Under the pieces are notes generated by a model. The model had not been told where the DNA came from and searched no databases. It was given only the letters and a program-made list of their open reading frames with translations. Shown here piece by piece: positions 15,833 through 25,170 of a DNA stretch of 31,338 nucleotides. Both the position numbers and the translations under genes were made by a program. Within the stretch, counting starts at the first letter, position 1. Every line of letters starts with the position of its first letter. The stretch is from a virus (Duplodnaviria; Caudoviricetes): positions 1 to 31,338 of IMG/VR virus record IMGVR_UViG_3300017963_000586; one strand, given 5' to 3'.

Positions 15833-16161
15833 TTTTTTGGCCTCCACAATTTGTTTTCTTTAATCCGCATCGTCATGCGTACCACTATAACGGTCAGTAT
15901 GATCGCCATCGGGAATAGCCGGTATTCCCATAATCGACTATCCAAAAGCCTATGCACAGCATTATAATCACCACCTAGAAAAAAAACCCTGGACACACCA
16001 GCCATCGAGGTCGCGTAGCCTATCCCCGCCAAAAGGAAGGTCATGTAAACATAGACTTTGCTTGCCTTTTTTTGTCTTATCCACCACCACAAAAAAAGTC
16101 CGAACCCATACCAGCAAGCAAGGCTTGTCCAGATATAGACGAACAGTGCAACGTCAAACAT
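15829..16161 (-). CDS. Multi-pass membrane protein (3 TM)
   Basis: Three hydrophobic segments; GGAGGAG SD before ATG 16161. Confidence 0.75.
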   Translation of the reverse strand: MFDVALFVYIWTSLACWYGFGLFLWWWIRQKKASKVYVYMTFLLAGIGYATSMAGVSRVFFLGGDYNAVHRLLDSRLWEYRLFPMAIILTVIVVRMTMRIKENKLWRPKK

Positions 16162-16163
16162 GA

Positions 16164-16382
16164 TTACCGCTCCTCCCGAAACCATTTGTCTTCTCCGTCC
16201 AAGGTCGCCATGAGCCGGTCCATGCGCTTGTCCATGTCTTTTAGCTCCATGCTAATCGAGTCGATATTCTTCTGGGCTTTATTTAAGTTGTTTTTCACTT
16301 TTCGGGGCAACAAACAATGTTCTATATCGCACTCCGCAATTCCTTTAATTTTTTTTATAAACTTACCCCAAAATCGTGTCAT
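16164..16382 (-). CDS. Coiled-coil hypothetical protein
   Basis: ATGA overlap with upstream gene at 16379-16382. Confidence 0.65.
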   Translation of the reverse strand: MTRFWGKFIKKIKGIAECDIEHCLLPRKVKNNLNKAQKNIDSISMELKDMDKRMDRLMATLDGEDKWFREER

Positions 16383-16621
16383 TTTCGGTTTTCCTTCCCA
16401 TGACCGAAAATTGTCACTTCCAACAATGTCACCTGTTTTGATAATATTTTCGTAACGCATGACATCTCCCTCGTAAGTCTTTCGCTCATCTTTTCAAGCT
16501 CCTTGGTGACACATCTTTCCTTGTGCCATAGCAGATACACAAGCGCCACGATTATAAACAGCAGAACCGGATCTTTAACTATCTTTATGACCTCGACAGC
16601 CAATTTAATTAGCGATTCCAT
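16379..16621 (-). CDS. Single-TM coiled-coil protein (holin-like architecture)
   Basis: PVLLFIIVALVYLLW helix followed by charged coil. Confidence 0.7.
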   Translation of the reverse strand: MESLIKLAVEVIKIVKDPVLLFIIVALVYLLWHKERCVTKELEKMSERLTREMSCVTKILSKQVTLLEVTIFGHGKENRK

Positions 16622-16822
16622 CTAATTTTCCAGGTAGCATTCGTTATCATCGCCCACCGCTTTCATGTATGCTTCGAACTCAGACAGGCTGCAAAGCTTT
16701 TTTCCGTTGCATACCGGACAGTGCTTGAAATCAGGGTCACGATAACTGTTCCGCGCTAACGGTAGAACTCCTCGACCATTGCAACATGGACACATCACGC
16801 AAGTGTTCGGCCTTTGTTCCAT
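16622..16822 (-). CDS. Small DnaJ-type zinc-finger protein
   Basis: CPCCNGRG and CPVCNGKK repeats. Confidence 0.7.
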   Translation of the reverse strand: MEQRPNTCVMCPCCNGRGVLPLARNSYRDPDFKHCPVCNGKKLCSLSEFEAYMKAVGDDNECYLEN

Positions 16823-16826
16823 TTCA

Positions 16827-17141
16827 TCACTTCGTCAGAACCAGATTATTGTTGTGTGTGATCCGTAAGAAATAATTTTCGCCATTGAACTCTATTCGCA
16901 CCGGAAAGACATCCCGTGCCAGCCGCTTTGAACTCACCACCCGAAACTCATGCTTAAAATGCGTCTTTTCCTCCAAACTGAAATTGTGCTCCCTGACCAA
17001 GCCATGGCACCTTGTCTTGATCGTCTTTTCTTTAGGGTCGATCTCAATCACCGCTTTGGCCTCACCGGAGAACTGCACCGTCTGACGGTGATCCCTGAAT
17101 ATGCCGTCATATATCTCAAGGTTGAATTGGTCTTCGATCAT
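16827..17141 (-). CDS. Protein with C-terminal HemP/HmuP-like domain
   Basis: Ends RVVSSKRL...VRIEFNGENYFLRITHNNNLVLTK, matching the HemP signature (IxxxGxxYxLRxTxxxKLILTK). Confidence 0.75.
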   Translation of the reverse strand: MIEDQFNLEIYDGIFRDHRQTVQFSGEAKAVIEIDPKEKTIKTRCHGLVREHNFSLEEKTHFKHEFRVVSSKRLARDVFPVRIEFNGENYFLRITHNNNLVLTK

Positions 17142-19681
17142 TTCTTCACCAGATTAAAAACACGGTAATAAGTAGCCCCAACCTCGGTTCTTTTGGCTTC
17201 CATAGCTGCCGCATACGCCGCCGCGTCAAAATATTCTTCGTTAAAAATGTATTTCCCTTGGTCGGTTATATCCATCCCACCACTAGACTGCCCCGTGTAA
17301 ACATTGCTGTCCAAAATTTCTCCTGTTGACCGATCTATAACGGCAATCAGATATTTGTTGTCGTATGTAGTTAACGGATACGGGAAAGTGTTGCCATCCA
17401 TCGATGTCTGAATAAAATCCACCCAAAGTATGAGCATGGTTGGCTCTGCATCTGGGTTTTCAGGGTCGATATATAATTCCCACGCAACCCTGGTTATTCT
17501 TTCGCCATAATCTCCGACGAATTCAGGATTATACGTTTCTAGTTCGATAAAAATTTCATTGTCCGAATCATAGTTATCGACCTCCACCGGAAAATCAGAC
17601 GATTGCTTTGTATATTCTTCTCCTTGTGACACCGCTCTTTCATTTTCCCACCTGACAAAACAGGTTGGAGGATTAACGACCGTCTGAACGCTTTCTCCGA
17701 AATAACCACGTGGAGAAGAAAAACCGATTGACTCAGGCGCCCAACCGTCCTGGCTGTCATCATGTAAAAGGCCCTCAGAATCGTAATATCCTGCCGGTGT
17801 TTGATATACCAGATAAGGACTGGGCCCAATTATAGCCCCGACCGAGTTTCCTTCCGTATCGATTGAACAGGCCTTTTCGTATGAATTCGTTTCTGTACCA
17901 GCCGTCAATCCGCACGGGCCTTCGTCCCAATCCCAGGAGGAATTGTTAACCAGAACGGTTTCAGTTGCCCCCACTTGCTCAAACATTGGATTTCCATCAG
18001 GATAGAAGCCAACTTGAATTTCGGCAAAATAGACGACATGGTCAGGCCACCATGTATCATGTTCCTCTTTGTCAAGGTTAAAAAAATCTATATAATAGGC
18101 AATGTCAGGGTTTTCATAGGCATCATAGGGCGGTGATGTGTGGTAATGAATCAGATTATATGGCCCTGAAGTTCCTCCAAATTCACCGTCCGGTCCATAA
18201 CTGTGTGAATAGGGCCAAAGAAGGTAAGGTACATACACCTGGGCAAAATTGTTTACAAACCCGCCCACGCGACGAGGAATTGCCAGCGGCTCCTGAGACC
18301 TGTATGTGACAGAATAACTTCCAACTCGCTTGTCGGTATAAACTTCGGTTTGAACCTTGCGGACATTATTTTTAATGAAGGACTTGGTGTGGTATCGAGT
18401 ACACAACCCAACCGCCAACAGGCTCGACCAGATCAAAAAAACTTCGCCATCAATTTCATAACGGTAATAAAAATCCGGTGCGCCTGAATGCACGCCATCC
18501 CCCATCCATGGGTAAGCCTTGGAATGATCCGGATATTGCAGGTCAAAAACTCCCAAGTTATCCGGAGGGTTTGGCTCCGACAAATAATCTTTTTCGTGTA
18601 GGGACCCTTCACAAATAAATTGTCCGGCCTGTCCTTGCACTTTCCATCCCTCGCCAGCATCGTGAAACCACCGGAACAGCGTTCCATATGACCGAATCGA
18701 AGTAGAGTTCCAGCAATCATCCGAATTGCATTGGGATGCAGCTTCGCCTTCCGTCACCCACACAATATCGCCCGTTGATATAATCTTAAAAAAGTACTTT
18801 TCGCCCGATACCTGAAAAACCGTGTCGGGTAAATCTGAACTGCCCCAAGATGGTTTAAAAAACATGACCGAATAGTATCTCGTCTCCGAACACTCCTGCG
18901 GTGGCCCGACAAACCCGATCACCCTCGGCTGATTCCAATCGTTATTTTGAAATTCTATAACGACTTCGTCTCCGTCCTCAAAGGCCAGCCCGTTGCAGTC
19001 CATATAAGAAATCGGAACCGACTCAAGCTCCAATTTCGTGGTATCGTCAATGTCTACCCTCGGCGAATCGGCGTCCGCCAGATAAACGTAATCCTCTAAA
19101 TTCACATCGGCATAATCGCCATTGACAGATTGAATTGTGCCCACCCTGTAGCGCGGTTTCCAGCGCATCGCCCCCGGCGACATCGCCATGTTGTAGAACA
19201 AACCGGAAGGAGACATTGAAAAGGCGTAACCTAAAATGCCATCACGCTCCGAACTGTACGCCGCATTGCCGCCGTACCCTGGCTGAATTACGAAAAGTTG
19301 ACGGTAGCGAACCTCACCGCCAACCAATAAAGCATAACGATACTGCCTCGAAATTTCTATCAGCCCGACTACCGCATCTATCGCCAAGTCGCTTGTAAAG
19401 TCGGCGCAATACATCGACAATTGAACATTCTGAGGACAATTTTCGGTCAGAAATGCGGTACGCTTATCGATAGACAAAATCTGTAGATTAATACTTTTAA
19501 GTTCTTCCTCCGACGCACCGGCTTTTTTTCCTTCAAGGTTTGTCTTTTTGGTCGCCAGCGCAGTCAGCTCGGCATCGATTTTTGTACGGTCATAAACGAC
19601 CTCAACAATATATTGTCCACCGCCAACATTGGCTTTTATGATACCCTTGCCCACTCCGCTACACCTCAGCCTCAAAGACAT
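17138..19681 (-). CDS. Tail tip / receptor-binding structural protein (847 aa)
   Basis: Position after tape measure; OB-fold-like motif GDEVVIEFQNNDWNQPRVIGF; acidic/aromatic C-terminal region. Confidence 0.8.
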   Translation of the reverse strand: MSLRLRCSGVGKGIIKANVGGGQYIVEVVYDRTKIDAELTALATKKTNLEGKKAGASEEELKSINLQILSIDKRTAFLTENCPQNVQLSMYCADFTSDLAIDAVVGLIEISRQYRYALLVGGEVRYRQLFVIQPGYGGNAAYSSERDGILGYAFSMSPSGLFYNMAMSPGAMRWKPRYRVGTIQSVNGDYADVNLEDYVYLADADSPRVDIDDTTKLELESVPISYMDCNGLAFEDGDEVVIEFQNNDWNQPRVIGFVGPPQECSETRYYSVMFFKPSWGSSDLPDTVFQVSGEKYFFKIISTGDIVWVTEGEAASQCNSDDCWNSTSIRSYGTLFRWFHDAGEGWKVQGQAGQFICEGSLHEKDYLSEPNPPDNLGVFDLQYPDHSKAYPWMGDGVHSGAPDFYYRYEIDGEVFLIWSSLLAVGLCTRYHTKSFIKNNVRKVQTEVYTDKRVGSYSVTYRSQEPLAIPRRVGGFVNNFAQVYVPYLLWPYSHSYGPDGEFGGTSGPYNLIHYHTSPPYDAYENPDIAYYIDFFNLDKEEHDTWWPDHVVYFAEIQVGFYPDGNPMFEQVGATETVLVNNSSWDWDEGPCGLTAGTETNSYEKACSIDTEGNSVGAIIGPSPYLVYQTPAGYYDSEGLLHDDSQDGWAPESIGFSSPRGYFGESVQTVVNPPTCFVRWENERAVSQGEEYTKQSSDFPVEVDNYDSDNEIFIELETYNPEFVGDYGERITRVAWELYIDPENPDAEPTMLILWVDFIQTSMDGNTFPYPLTTYDNKYLIAVIDRSTGEILDSNVYTGQSSGGMDITDQGKYIFNEEYFDAAAYAAAMEAKRTEVGATYYRVFNLVKK

Positions 19682-21266
19682 CCATCTGCGCCCGATTCGG
19701 ATTGATATAATATGTGATGTTACCCACCGTGAAAGTATCTGTGCCCACAGTTAGCGAATCGCCAGGATTTAAAAACAGATCGACATCAACAAACCGATAC
19801 TGCAAAAGCCCCTGCGATACCCTCCGATAATTGGGTTTTGTCAGCGTAACATCCTTCGGCCCGAAAGAAGCTGTTTTGTATCCGGTCAACGTAATCGACC
19901 TATTACGCGCCCCCTTGTTATCGTCCACATTATCAATGGTGGCCCTTAAAATTTCTTCGCGCAACGACTCCACGCCACCGACCATGTAAACCGCCTCGAC
20001 AACCATTTCGCCATTCGGCCTCGCGGTGATATCACCCACATATTCGTATGGCACCACCGCCCCGATGTATGTTTTGGCGTCCGTTCTTTTCCTCCCGCTG
20101 AGAGTAATGATTTTCACTTCCGTGTCCGCGACGCCATCCGGTGTGCCGGTGATCGTCAGCGCAAACCGCTTCGTGGCGCGGCTGAGATTTTCCTTAATCC
20201 ATAACGAATAATTGTAAGCGTCCGCGACGGCATTAAGACCGACCTCCGCGCTTACTTCGCGCGGATATTCCCTATGCGCGTCAGCCCCGCTTTTAAAACC
20301 GATACCCGCCGCCATCCACTTGGTCTGATAATCCGCATCCACCGCGCCATTTAAACCTAATCCGGCATCGGCAAAAACATTGACCACAAACGCATCCACC
20401 GTGGCTTTAAACCCGACATAATTCAGGGCATTGTTGACGTTATAAATACTTCCGTTCGGCTCGACGGTTGCGTTGAGCCCTAAGTCTTCTTGAATATCGG
20501 CCCAATCGGTCTGGGCATCCACCGTGGCATTGAAGCCCATCTCGGCCTCAACATTGCCATTTTCATTAAAACCGTCTACCACGGCATTGAAGCCAACCCC
20601 CGCGTCAACCGAACCATAATAAGGCAGGGCATAAGCCGTACCGCTATTCACAAGAAAATTGTCGAAAGCACAATGTACGGTTACACCGCCCGATACCCTC
20701 CGACCGGCCAAATAGATAAATGGGCGAATCGTGTAATCGTCTTCTATCCCTGTGAACGTGTACCCATCGGTCCCTCCGTCCCACTCCCATTGTGATTCGC
20801 CGCTGTCCCACAAAAAACCCTTTACCACAGACCCGCTGCGGGTAAACCGGATCTTTGTAAATCCCAAGGTGGCCCCTGTATCAATTAGCTTTTCAGGGCT
20901 TCCGCTGGCATACGACCCAAACACAGACGGTTGATAGGAATAACCGCTATAATGTCTCAACCCGATAGTTTCCCAGATATCAAGTTCAGCCGTTGCAATC
21001 CCGAAGCTGTAAATCTGCCAGCTGCCATTTGTATACGAGCAATACTTCGAAGGAAAATCTATCTGGATGTCAAAATCACCATCGAATGCGCAGCGGCCGG
21101 CGGTCATCCAGCGTAAGATTTCATCCGTACCGTTGAGGCTTACATCGAGCCGGTAAGTGTTGCTCGATATATCAAACGCACTTTCATCATCCTGAATCAC
21201 TTCCCACTTGGAAGAATCCGGCGGATCACCGTCAGAACCGGTAAAATCATCATCCCAAATGCCCAT
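19659..21266 (-). CDS. Minor tail protein with N-terminal lectin-like domain and central ~19-aa repeats
   Basis: DDFTG...SKW, GDFDIQIDF, FDNF beta-sandwich pattern; seven GFxAxVDA-type repeats. Confidence 0.8.
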   Translation of the reverse strand: MGIWDDDFTGSDGDPPDSSKWEVIQDDESAFDISSNTYRLDVSLNGTDEILRWMTAGRCAFDGDFDIQIDFPSKYCSYTNGSWQIYSFGIATAELDIWETIGLRHYSGYSYQPSVFGSYASGSPEKLIDTGATLGFTKIRFTRSGSVVKGFLWDSGESQWEWDGGTDGYTFTGIEDDYTIRPFIYLAGRRVSGGVTVHCAFDNFLVNSGTAYALPYYGSVDAGVGFNAVVDGFNENGNVEAEMGFNATVDAQTDWADIQEDLGLNATVEPNGSIYNVNNALNYVGFKATVDAFVVNVFADAGLGLNGAVDADYQTKWMAAGIGFKSGADAHREYPREVSAEVGLNAVADAYNYSLWIKENLSRATKRFALTITGTPDGVADTEVKIITLSGRKRTDAKTYIGAVVPYEYVGDITARPNGEMVVEAVYMVGGVESLREEILRATIDNVDDNKGARNRSITLTGYKTASFGPKDVTLTKPNYRRVSQGLLQYRFVDVDLFLNPGDSLTVGTDTFTVGNITYYINPNRAQMDVFEAEV

Positions 21267-21267
21267 T

Positions 21268-21852
21268 TTAAGTCACATTCGATCCGGTTACGGTTACGGT
21301 TACTTTGAGCACATCCGTGGAGACAACCGACTTGCTCCCGCTGGTAAACTGCACCGAACAAATTAGCTTGCCGCCGCCCGCCGTGTCGGCTTTCGTGGTC
21401 GGTGCCGATCCGCCGCCGACCAATGCGCCGCCGTAGATTGTCTTCGTGGCGTTAAATGTGAACGTGGCTTTGCTTGCGCTGTTGGTAATGACCTTCGATG
21501 ATACCCCCGCCTCGCTCCATTGCGGCCTTGTCGCTTCATCATACGCCGTACACTCCGTGTACCCAGGGGTTGCATATGTGTTGGTGGCAAGTGGCGTGTA
21601 ATCGTTCTCAAATACCGTGCAATACCATGTAGTGATGGGAGTCAACCCCGACAACGCCGCATCAAGGATGTAATTGATCCCCTCATCGGTCATGATATTC
21701 GGCACTTCCCACTCATCGATTTTGCAATGAACGCCATTAAATTTGCGAAAATGCTCCCACCGCCAAACCGACCCCAGAGCCATTTTGCCAACCAAGTTGC
21801 TGTGCCGAATGACTTCCGCATCGGCTATTGCGCTAAAACCCGCTTTTTCCAT
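21268..21852 (-). CDS. Tail-associated structural protein
   Basis: N.MTDEG.N.ILD, ITNSASKATFTFN, D.LKVT; Thr/Gly-rich; GGAGG SD. Confidence 0.8.
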   Translation of the reverse strand: MEKAGFSAIADAEVIRHSNLVGKMALGSVWRWEHFRKFNGVHCKIDEWEVPNIMTDEGINYILDAALSGLTPITTWYCTVFENDYTPLATNTYATPGYTECTAYDEATRPQWSEAGVSSKVITNSASKATFTFNATKTIYGGALVGGGSAPTTKADTAGGGKLICSVQFTSGSKSVVSTDVLKVTVTVTGSNVT

Positions 21853-21867
21853 TTTTTCCTCCGTTCG

Positions 21868-22212
21868 TTATGCGTACTTTTCCTCGATCAATATTGTCAT
21901 TTCGACCAGACCATCATTGGGAAATAAGCGACTAATAGCACCCTTAAAAATTCCCTTGCTGGTACTGATATTCAAATAGGTATAAGTCTTGAAAATCGCC
22001 TTGAGCTTTTCAATTTCAGCCGTATTTAGGTCGGCCTTGATCTCAAGCCGGTTATCACTTTCCGAAAAGCCATAATGCGATATGATCCCGCCGCCGTCGA
22101 GAGTTGCCGACACCGACACCCGCGCTTCAAAATCTTCAAGAATCGATTCGGAAGACTCCATTAAAATCATATCCCCCGCCGTGTCAGCCGTTATCGTTGA
22201 TATGCCGATCAT
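21868..22212 (-). CDS. Hypothetical tail protein (distal-tail position)
   Basis: Immediately downstream of tape measure; TLDGG motif. Confidence 0.75.
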   Translation of the reverse strand: MIGISTITADTAGDMILMESSESILEDFEARVSVSATLDGGGIISHYGFSESDNRLEIKADLNTAEIEKLKAIFKTYTYLNISTSKGIFKGAISRLFPNDGLVEMTILIEEKYA

Positions 22213-22213
22213 T

Positions 22214-24958
22214 TTATCCGACTCCTAAAAGAAAAGACGCGGAATCCTCCGCGACCCTAAGTTGAATTTTTTGAAGGATTTTCCACATAAAAGCTTCTAA
22301 TTCCGGCTCCAAACCCTCACCGGTCACTTGAATTAAAGCATCACCTTTTTCAAGTGCCTTTGCCCTGGCATTAAGTATATCGACCTGGGCTTGCGTCAAT
22401 TCCTTTTCAAGCGTCAATATTTCATCGCGGCGTCGGCTTTCCTCCTCGATCCATTTTGAGATTTGTACACCCTCTAAAGCTGAAGAATCCGCATAGACAT
22501 CAAAAAGAGACGTCAGAACCTCTCCTGTATTAACAAATGTCTCCGAAATCGTCTGCGCCAGCGCTTCGAATTTCTTCGCGTCGGCCTCGGCTTCAGCGAT
22601 ATCAAGTTTCGCCTTCCACTCGACCGCCGTTTGAATAATCTCGGCCTGTGTCTCTATCCGTGCTAGCTCTTTATCGATCTCGCCCTGCAATTTTATCTCG
22701 AGCATTTTCTCCGTGGGGATCTCATCGATCGCTTTTTTTGCATCTGCGATCCCCGCAGAATCCGCACCCGGGATGATTTTCAATTCCATTATCGGGTTGC
22801 CAGCCGCGTCATACTTTCCCGAAAACTGGTAAATAATTTCATCCGCCGCAGCCTTGGCCTTGTTTACATCGGCATCGGCCCCGACAATGATGTTTTTTTC
22901 ATCCGGTATCGCCCCGATTGACTTTTCATACTCGTTGATTTTCACCAACGCCGTTGCGGTTTCACTCTCTATTTTTGTATAAACCGCCGCAGGGATCCCC
23001 TTATATGTGTTGCTCAAGGCCGCCGCTTTTAACCGCGACACCTCGAGTTCGTCATTCAGATATCCCTGCGACAGCCACCACGCCCGCGACCGTCCATCAA
23101 GGTTAAGAACCTCATTTGCTGCATCTTTTAAATTGTTGGCGAAAATCGTCAGCCCTACGCTGAATTCATTTTTGATCTGCGATATCGTTTCTGCGATGCC
23201 CTGCCCACCGCCGAACAATGACTCCCAATTCGCCGCGAACGCCGCAAAAGACAGCCCCGCCGACGCCATTACCGCCGGTATGCCAGCAACCGCCGCCGCC
23301 AAACTTTGAAACCCTCCCACGGCCCCCAGCAACGCTTTACCGGCAAGAACGCTCAGAGCCCCGGCAATCACGTTCAAAGAGCCGGTCAATAGGCCGATAT
23401 TATCCAAAACTTTATCGACGGCCTGACCCAAGCCAAGAATATTCCCTGCGAATTCCTGAGTGCCCTCGTCGGTTTCGAGAATCGCATCAAGCGCACTTCC
23501 CAAAGCAGATAAGAAAGGCTTCCACGCATCGACAATCCCCGAAGTGACATTTGTTAAAAGCGTCAACCCCGCAACAATCTTGTCTATCGCAGAGGCAAGT
23601 CCCTCCGGTGTGGTCAGGTCAAGATCACCGAACAACGCAACGAACGCCCCGCGCAACGATTCTCCCAGACTTTTTATAGAATCCACCAGCGGCCCGAAAT
23701 CGACGCCTTCCCAGAAATTCGGGTCGTTTAACAGCCCCGCGATCTCCGACATAAAACCGGCAATTTCAACCCCTGCACTTTCGAGCAGATCATAAACCGG
23801 TCTGAACGCCTCAGAGTCGACCCCTACAGATACGCCCTTGAATACTTCCCCGATCCCAACCGCTATCCCACGGTATTCATCCAGCAACGGCAAACCGACT
23901 TCTATCAGCGTGGCTTTGAGGTTATTTATCAACGTCTGGTTGACGTTATTGAAATCGAAAGCGACCTTTTCCAATGCGGTAGCCGTTGCTTCAGAACTGT
24001 TCGCCATCGCTTCCAATGACTTGACAAACACACCCGCTTCATCGGCCCCCAGCGTCAACGCCCCGCCCAAGGCCCGAACATTACCGAAAAGCTCCGCCAT
24101 CTTTTCGGTATTCCCGCCGGTGGCCTCATACGCCTGCCACAAAATCTTTTCCAAGCCCTGCGTTTCTAATGCCGTCGCGCCGAACTCAAGCCCCAATTCT
24201 TTTGCCGCCGCTTCTGCTTCGCTTGTCGGCTTTATGATAGATGTAATAATTCCTTTTAGCTGTGTGACCGCCATCGCCGTGTCAGCGCCACCAGCCGTTA
24301 TTGCCGCAAGTCCCGACATAAGCGTTTCAAGAGGAACGCCCGACGCGGCTGCAATTGACGTAACCTGGGCCATCGACGCCGCCAGTTCAGGAATGGTCGT
24401 CTGACCCAACTTGACAGTGGTAAAGAATATATCCGAAACCTCACTCGCCGCGTATGTCTCCTTCCCATAGGCGTTCATGGTTGACGCCAACAGCCGCGTT
24501 GTCTCATTCAACGGGGCCAATCCCGCCGTGGACAACGCCTCTGCAACCGGAATAAATTCGGATATAGAATCCTTCCAATCGACCCCCGCCGAAATCGCCG
24601 TGTAAACACTTCCGTTAATGTCTTCTATGGCTGCCGTCGACACCCGTGCATAATCGATAATAGATTGTCGAAAAGAATCGAGCTTGTCTCTCGGAATGTC
24701 GATAAGGGTCGATATCTCCCCAAACTGCGAATTGAATTCACCCGCCGACTTGACAGCAAGCGTCAAACCGCCAACAGCTAAAGCCGCCAGCGCCGCCTCG
24801 ACTTGCAAGACTTTTGTAGCCATATCCGCCAGCGGCCCCGTGACGTTCTGCACCTTCCCCGCGAAGTTGTCCAAACCGCCCGAAAGCGACTTCACGGTGC
24901 CGCTCATTTCATCCACACCGCGAAAAATTACGGCAACTGTTTTTTCAAGATCAGCCAC
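22214..24958 (-). CDS. Tail tape measure protein (TP901-type core)
   Basis: 914 aa, Ala/Gly-rich helical; TVKLGQTTIPELA, LFGNVRA; GTG start with AGGAG SD. Confidence 0.93.
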   Translation of the reverse strand: MADLEKTVAVIFRGVDEMSGTVKSLSGGLDNFAGKVQNVTGPLADMATKVLQVEAALAALAVGGLTLAVKSAGEFNSQFGEISTLIDIPRDKLDSFRQSIIDYARVSTAAIEDINGSVYTAISAGVDWKDSISEFIPVAEALSTAGLAPLNETTRLLASTMNAYGKETYAASEVSDIFFTTVKLGQTTIPELAASMAQVTSIAAASGVPLETLMSGLAAITAGGADTAMAVTQLKGIITSIIKPTSEAEAAAKELGLEFGATALETQGLEKILWQAYEATGGNTEKMAELFGNVRALGGALTLGADEAGVFVKSLEAMANSSEATATALEKVAFDFNNVNQTLINNLKATLIEVGLPLLDEYRGIAVGIGEVFKGVSVGVDSEAFRPVYDLLESAGVEIAGFMSEIAGLLNDPNFWEGVDFGPLVDSIKSLGESLRGAFVALFGDLDLTTPEGLASAIDKIVAGLTLLTNVTSGIVDAWKPFLSALGSALDAILETDEGTQEFAGNILGLGQAVDKVLDNIGLLTGSLNVIAGALSVLAGKALLGAVGGFQSLAAAVAGIPAVMASAGLSFAAFAANWESLFGGGQGIAETISQIKNEFSVGLTIFANNLKDAANEVLNLDGRSRAWWLSQGYLNDELEVSRLKAAALSNTYKGIPAAVYTKIESETATALVKINEYEKSIGAIPDEKNIIVGADADVNKAKAAADEIIYQFSGKYDAAGNPIMELKIIPGADSAGIADAKKAIDEIPTEKMLEIKLQGEIDKELARIETQAEIIQTAVEWKAKLDIAEAEADAKKFEALAQTISETFVNTGEVLTSLFDVYADSSALEGVQISKWIEEESRRRDEILTLEKELTQAQVDILNARAKALEKGDALIQVTGEGLEPELEAFMWKILQKIQLRVAEDSASFLLGVG

Positions 24959-24978
24959 TTGTCTTTTCTCCTAAAAAT

Positions 24979-25007
24979 AAAGGGCTCTGATTATTATCAG
25001 GCCCTTT
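24979..25007 (-). terminator. Terminator-like hairpin just upstream of tape measure RBS
   Basis: Minus: aaagggcctgat-aata-atcagagcccttt then attttt, then AGGAG. Confidence 0.45.
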
Positions 25008-25170
25008 TCTTCGCTCTGTACCATCGATCCCAGAGTGCCAACTCGGTACGGGTCAGAAAGTCATACGGCAATATGTCCGGCCTGATCTCATAAAGAAAAC
25101 GCCCCCTGGCCTCACACAACGCTAAGCAACTTCTGACTTCGTTGTCGTTCCAGAGGGCTTCGGTTCCCCC
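24997..25170 (-). CDS. -1 frameshift extension of tail assembly chaperone (gpGT-like)
   Basis: In-frame G GGG GAA at 25170-25164; -1 frame open for 57 sense codons (TEALWNDNEVRSCLALCEARGRFLYEIRPD...YRAKKRA*), no SD-led start seen. Confidence 0.75.
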   Translation of the reverse strand, partial: GGTEALWNDNEVRSCLALCEARGRFLYEIRPDILPYDFLTRTELALWDRWYRAKKRA

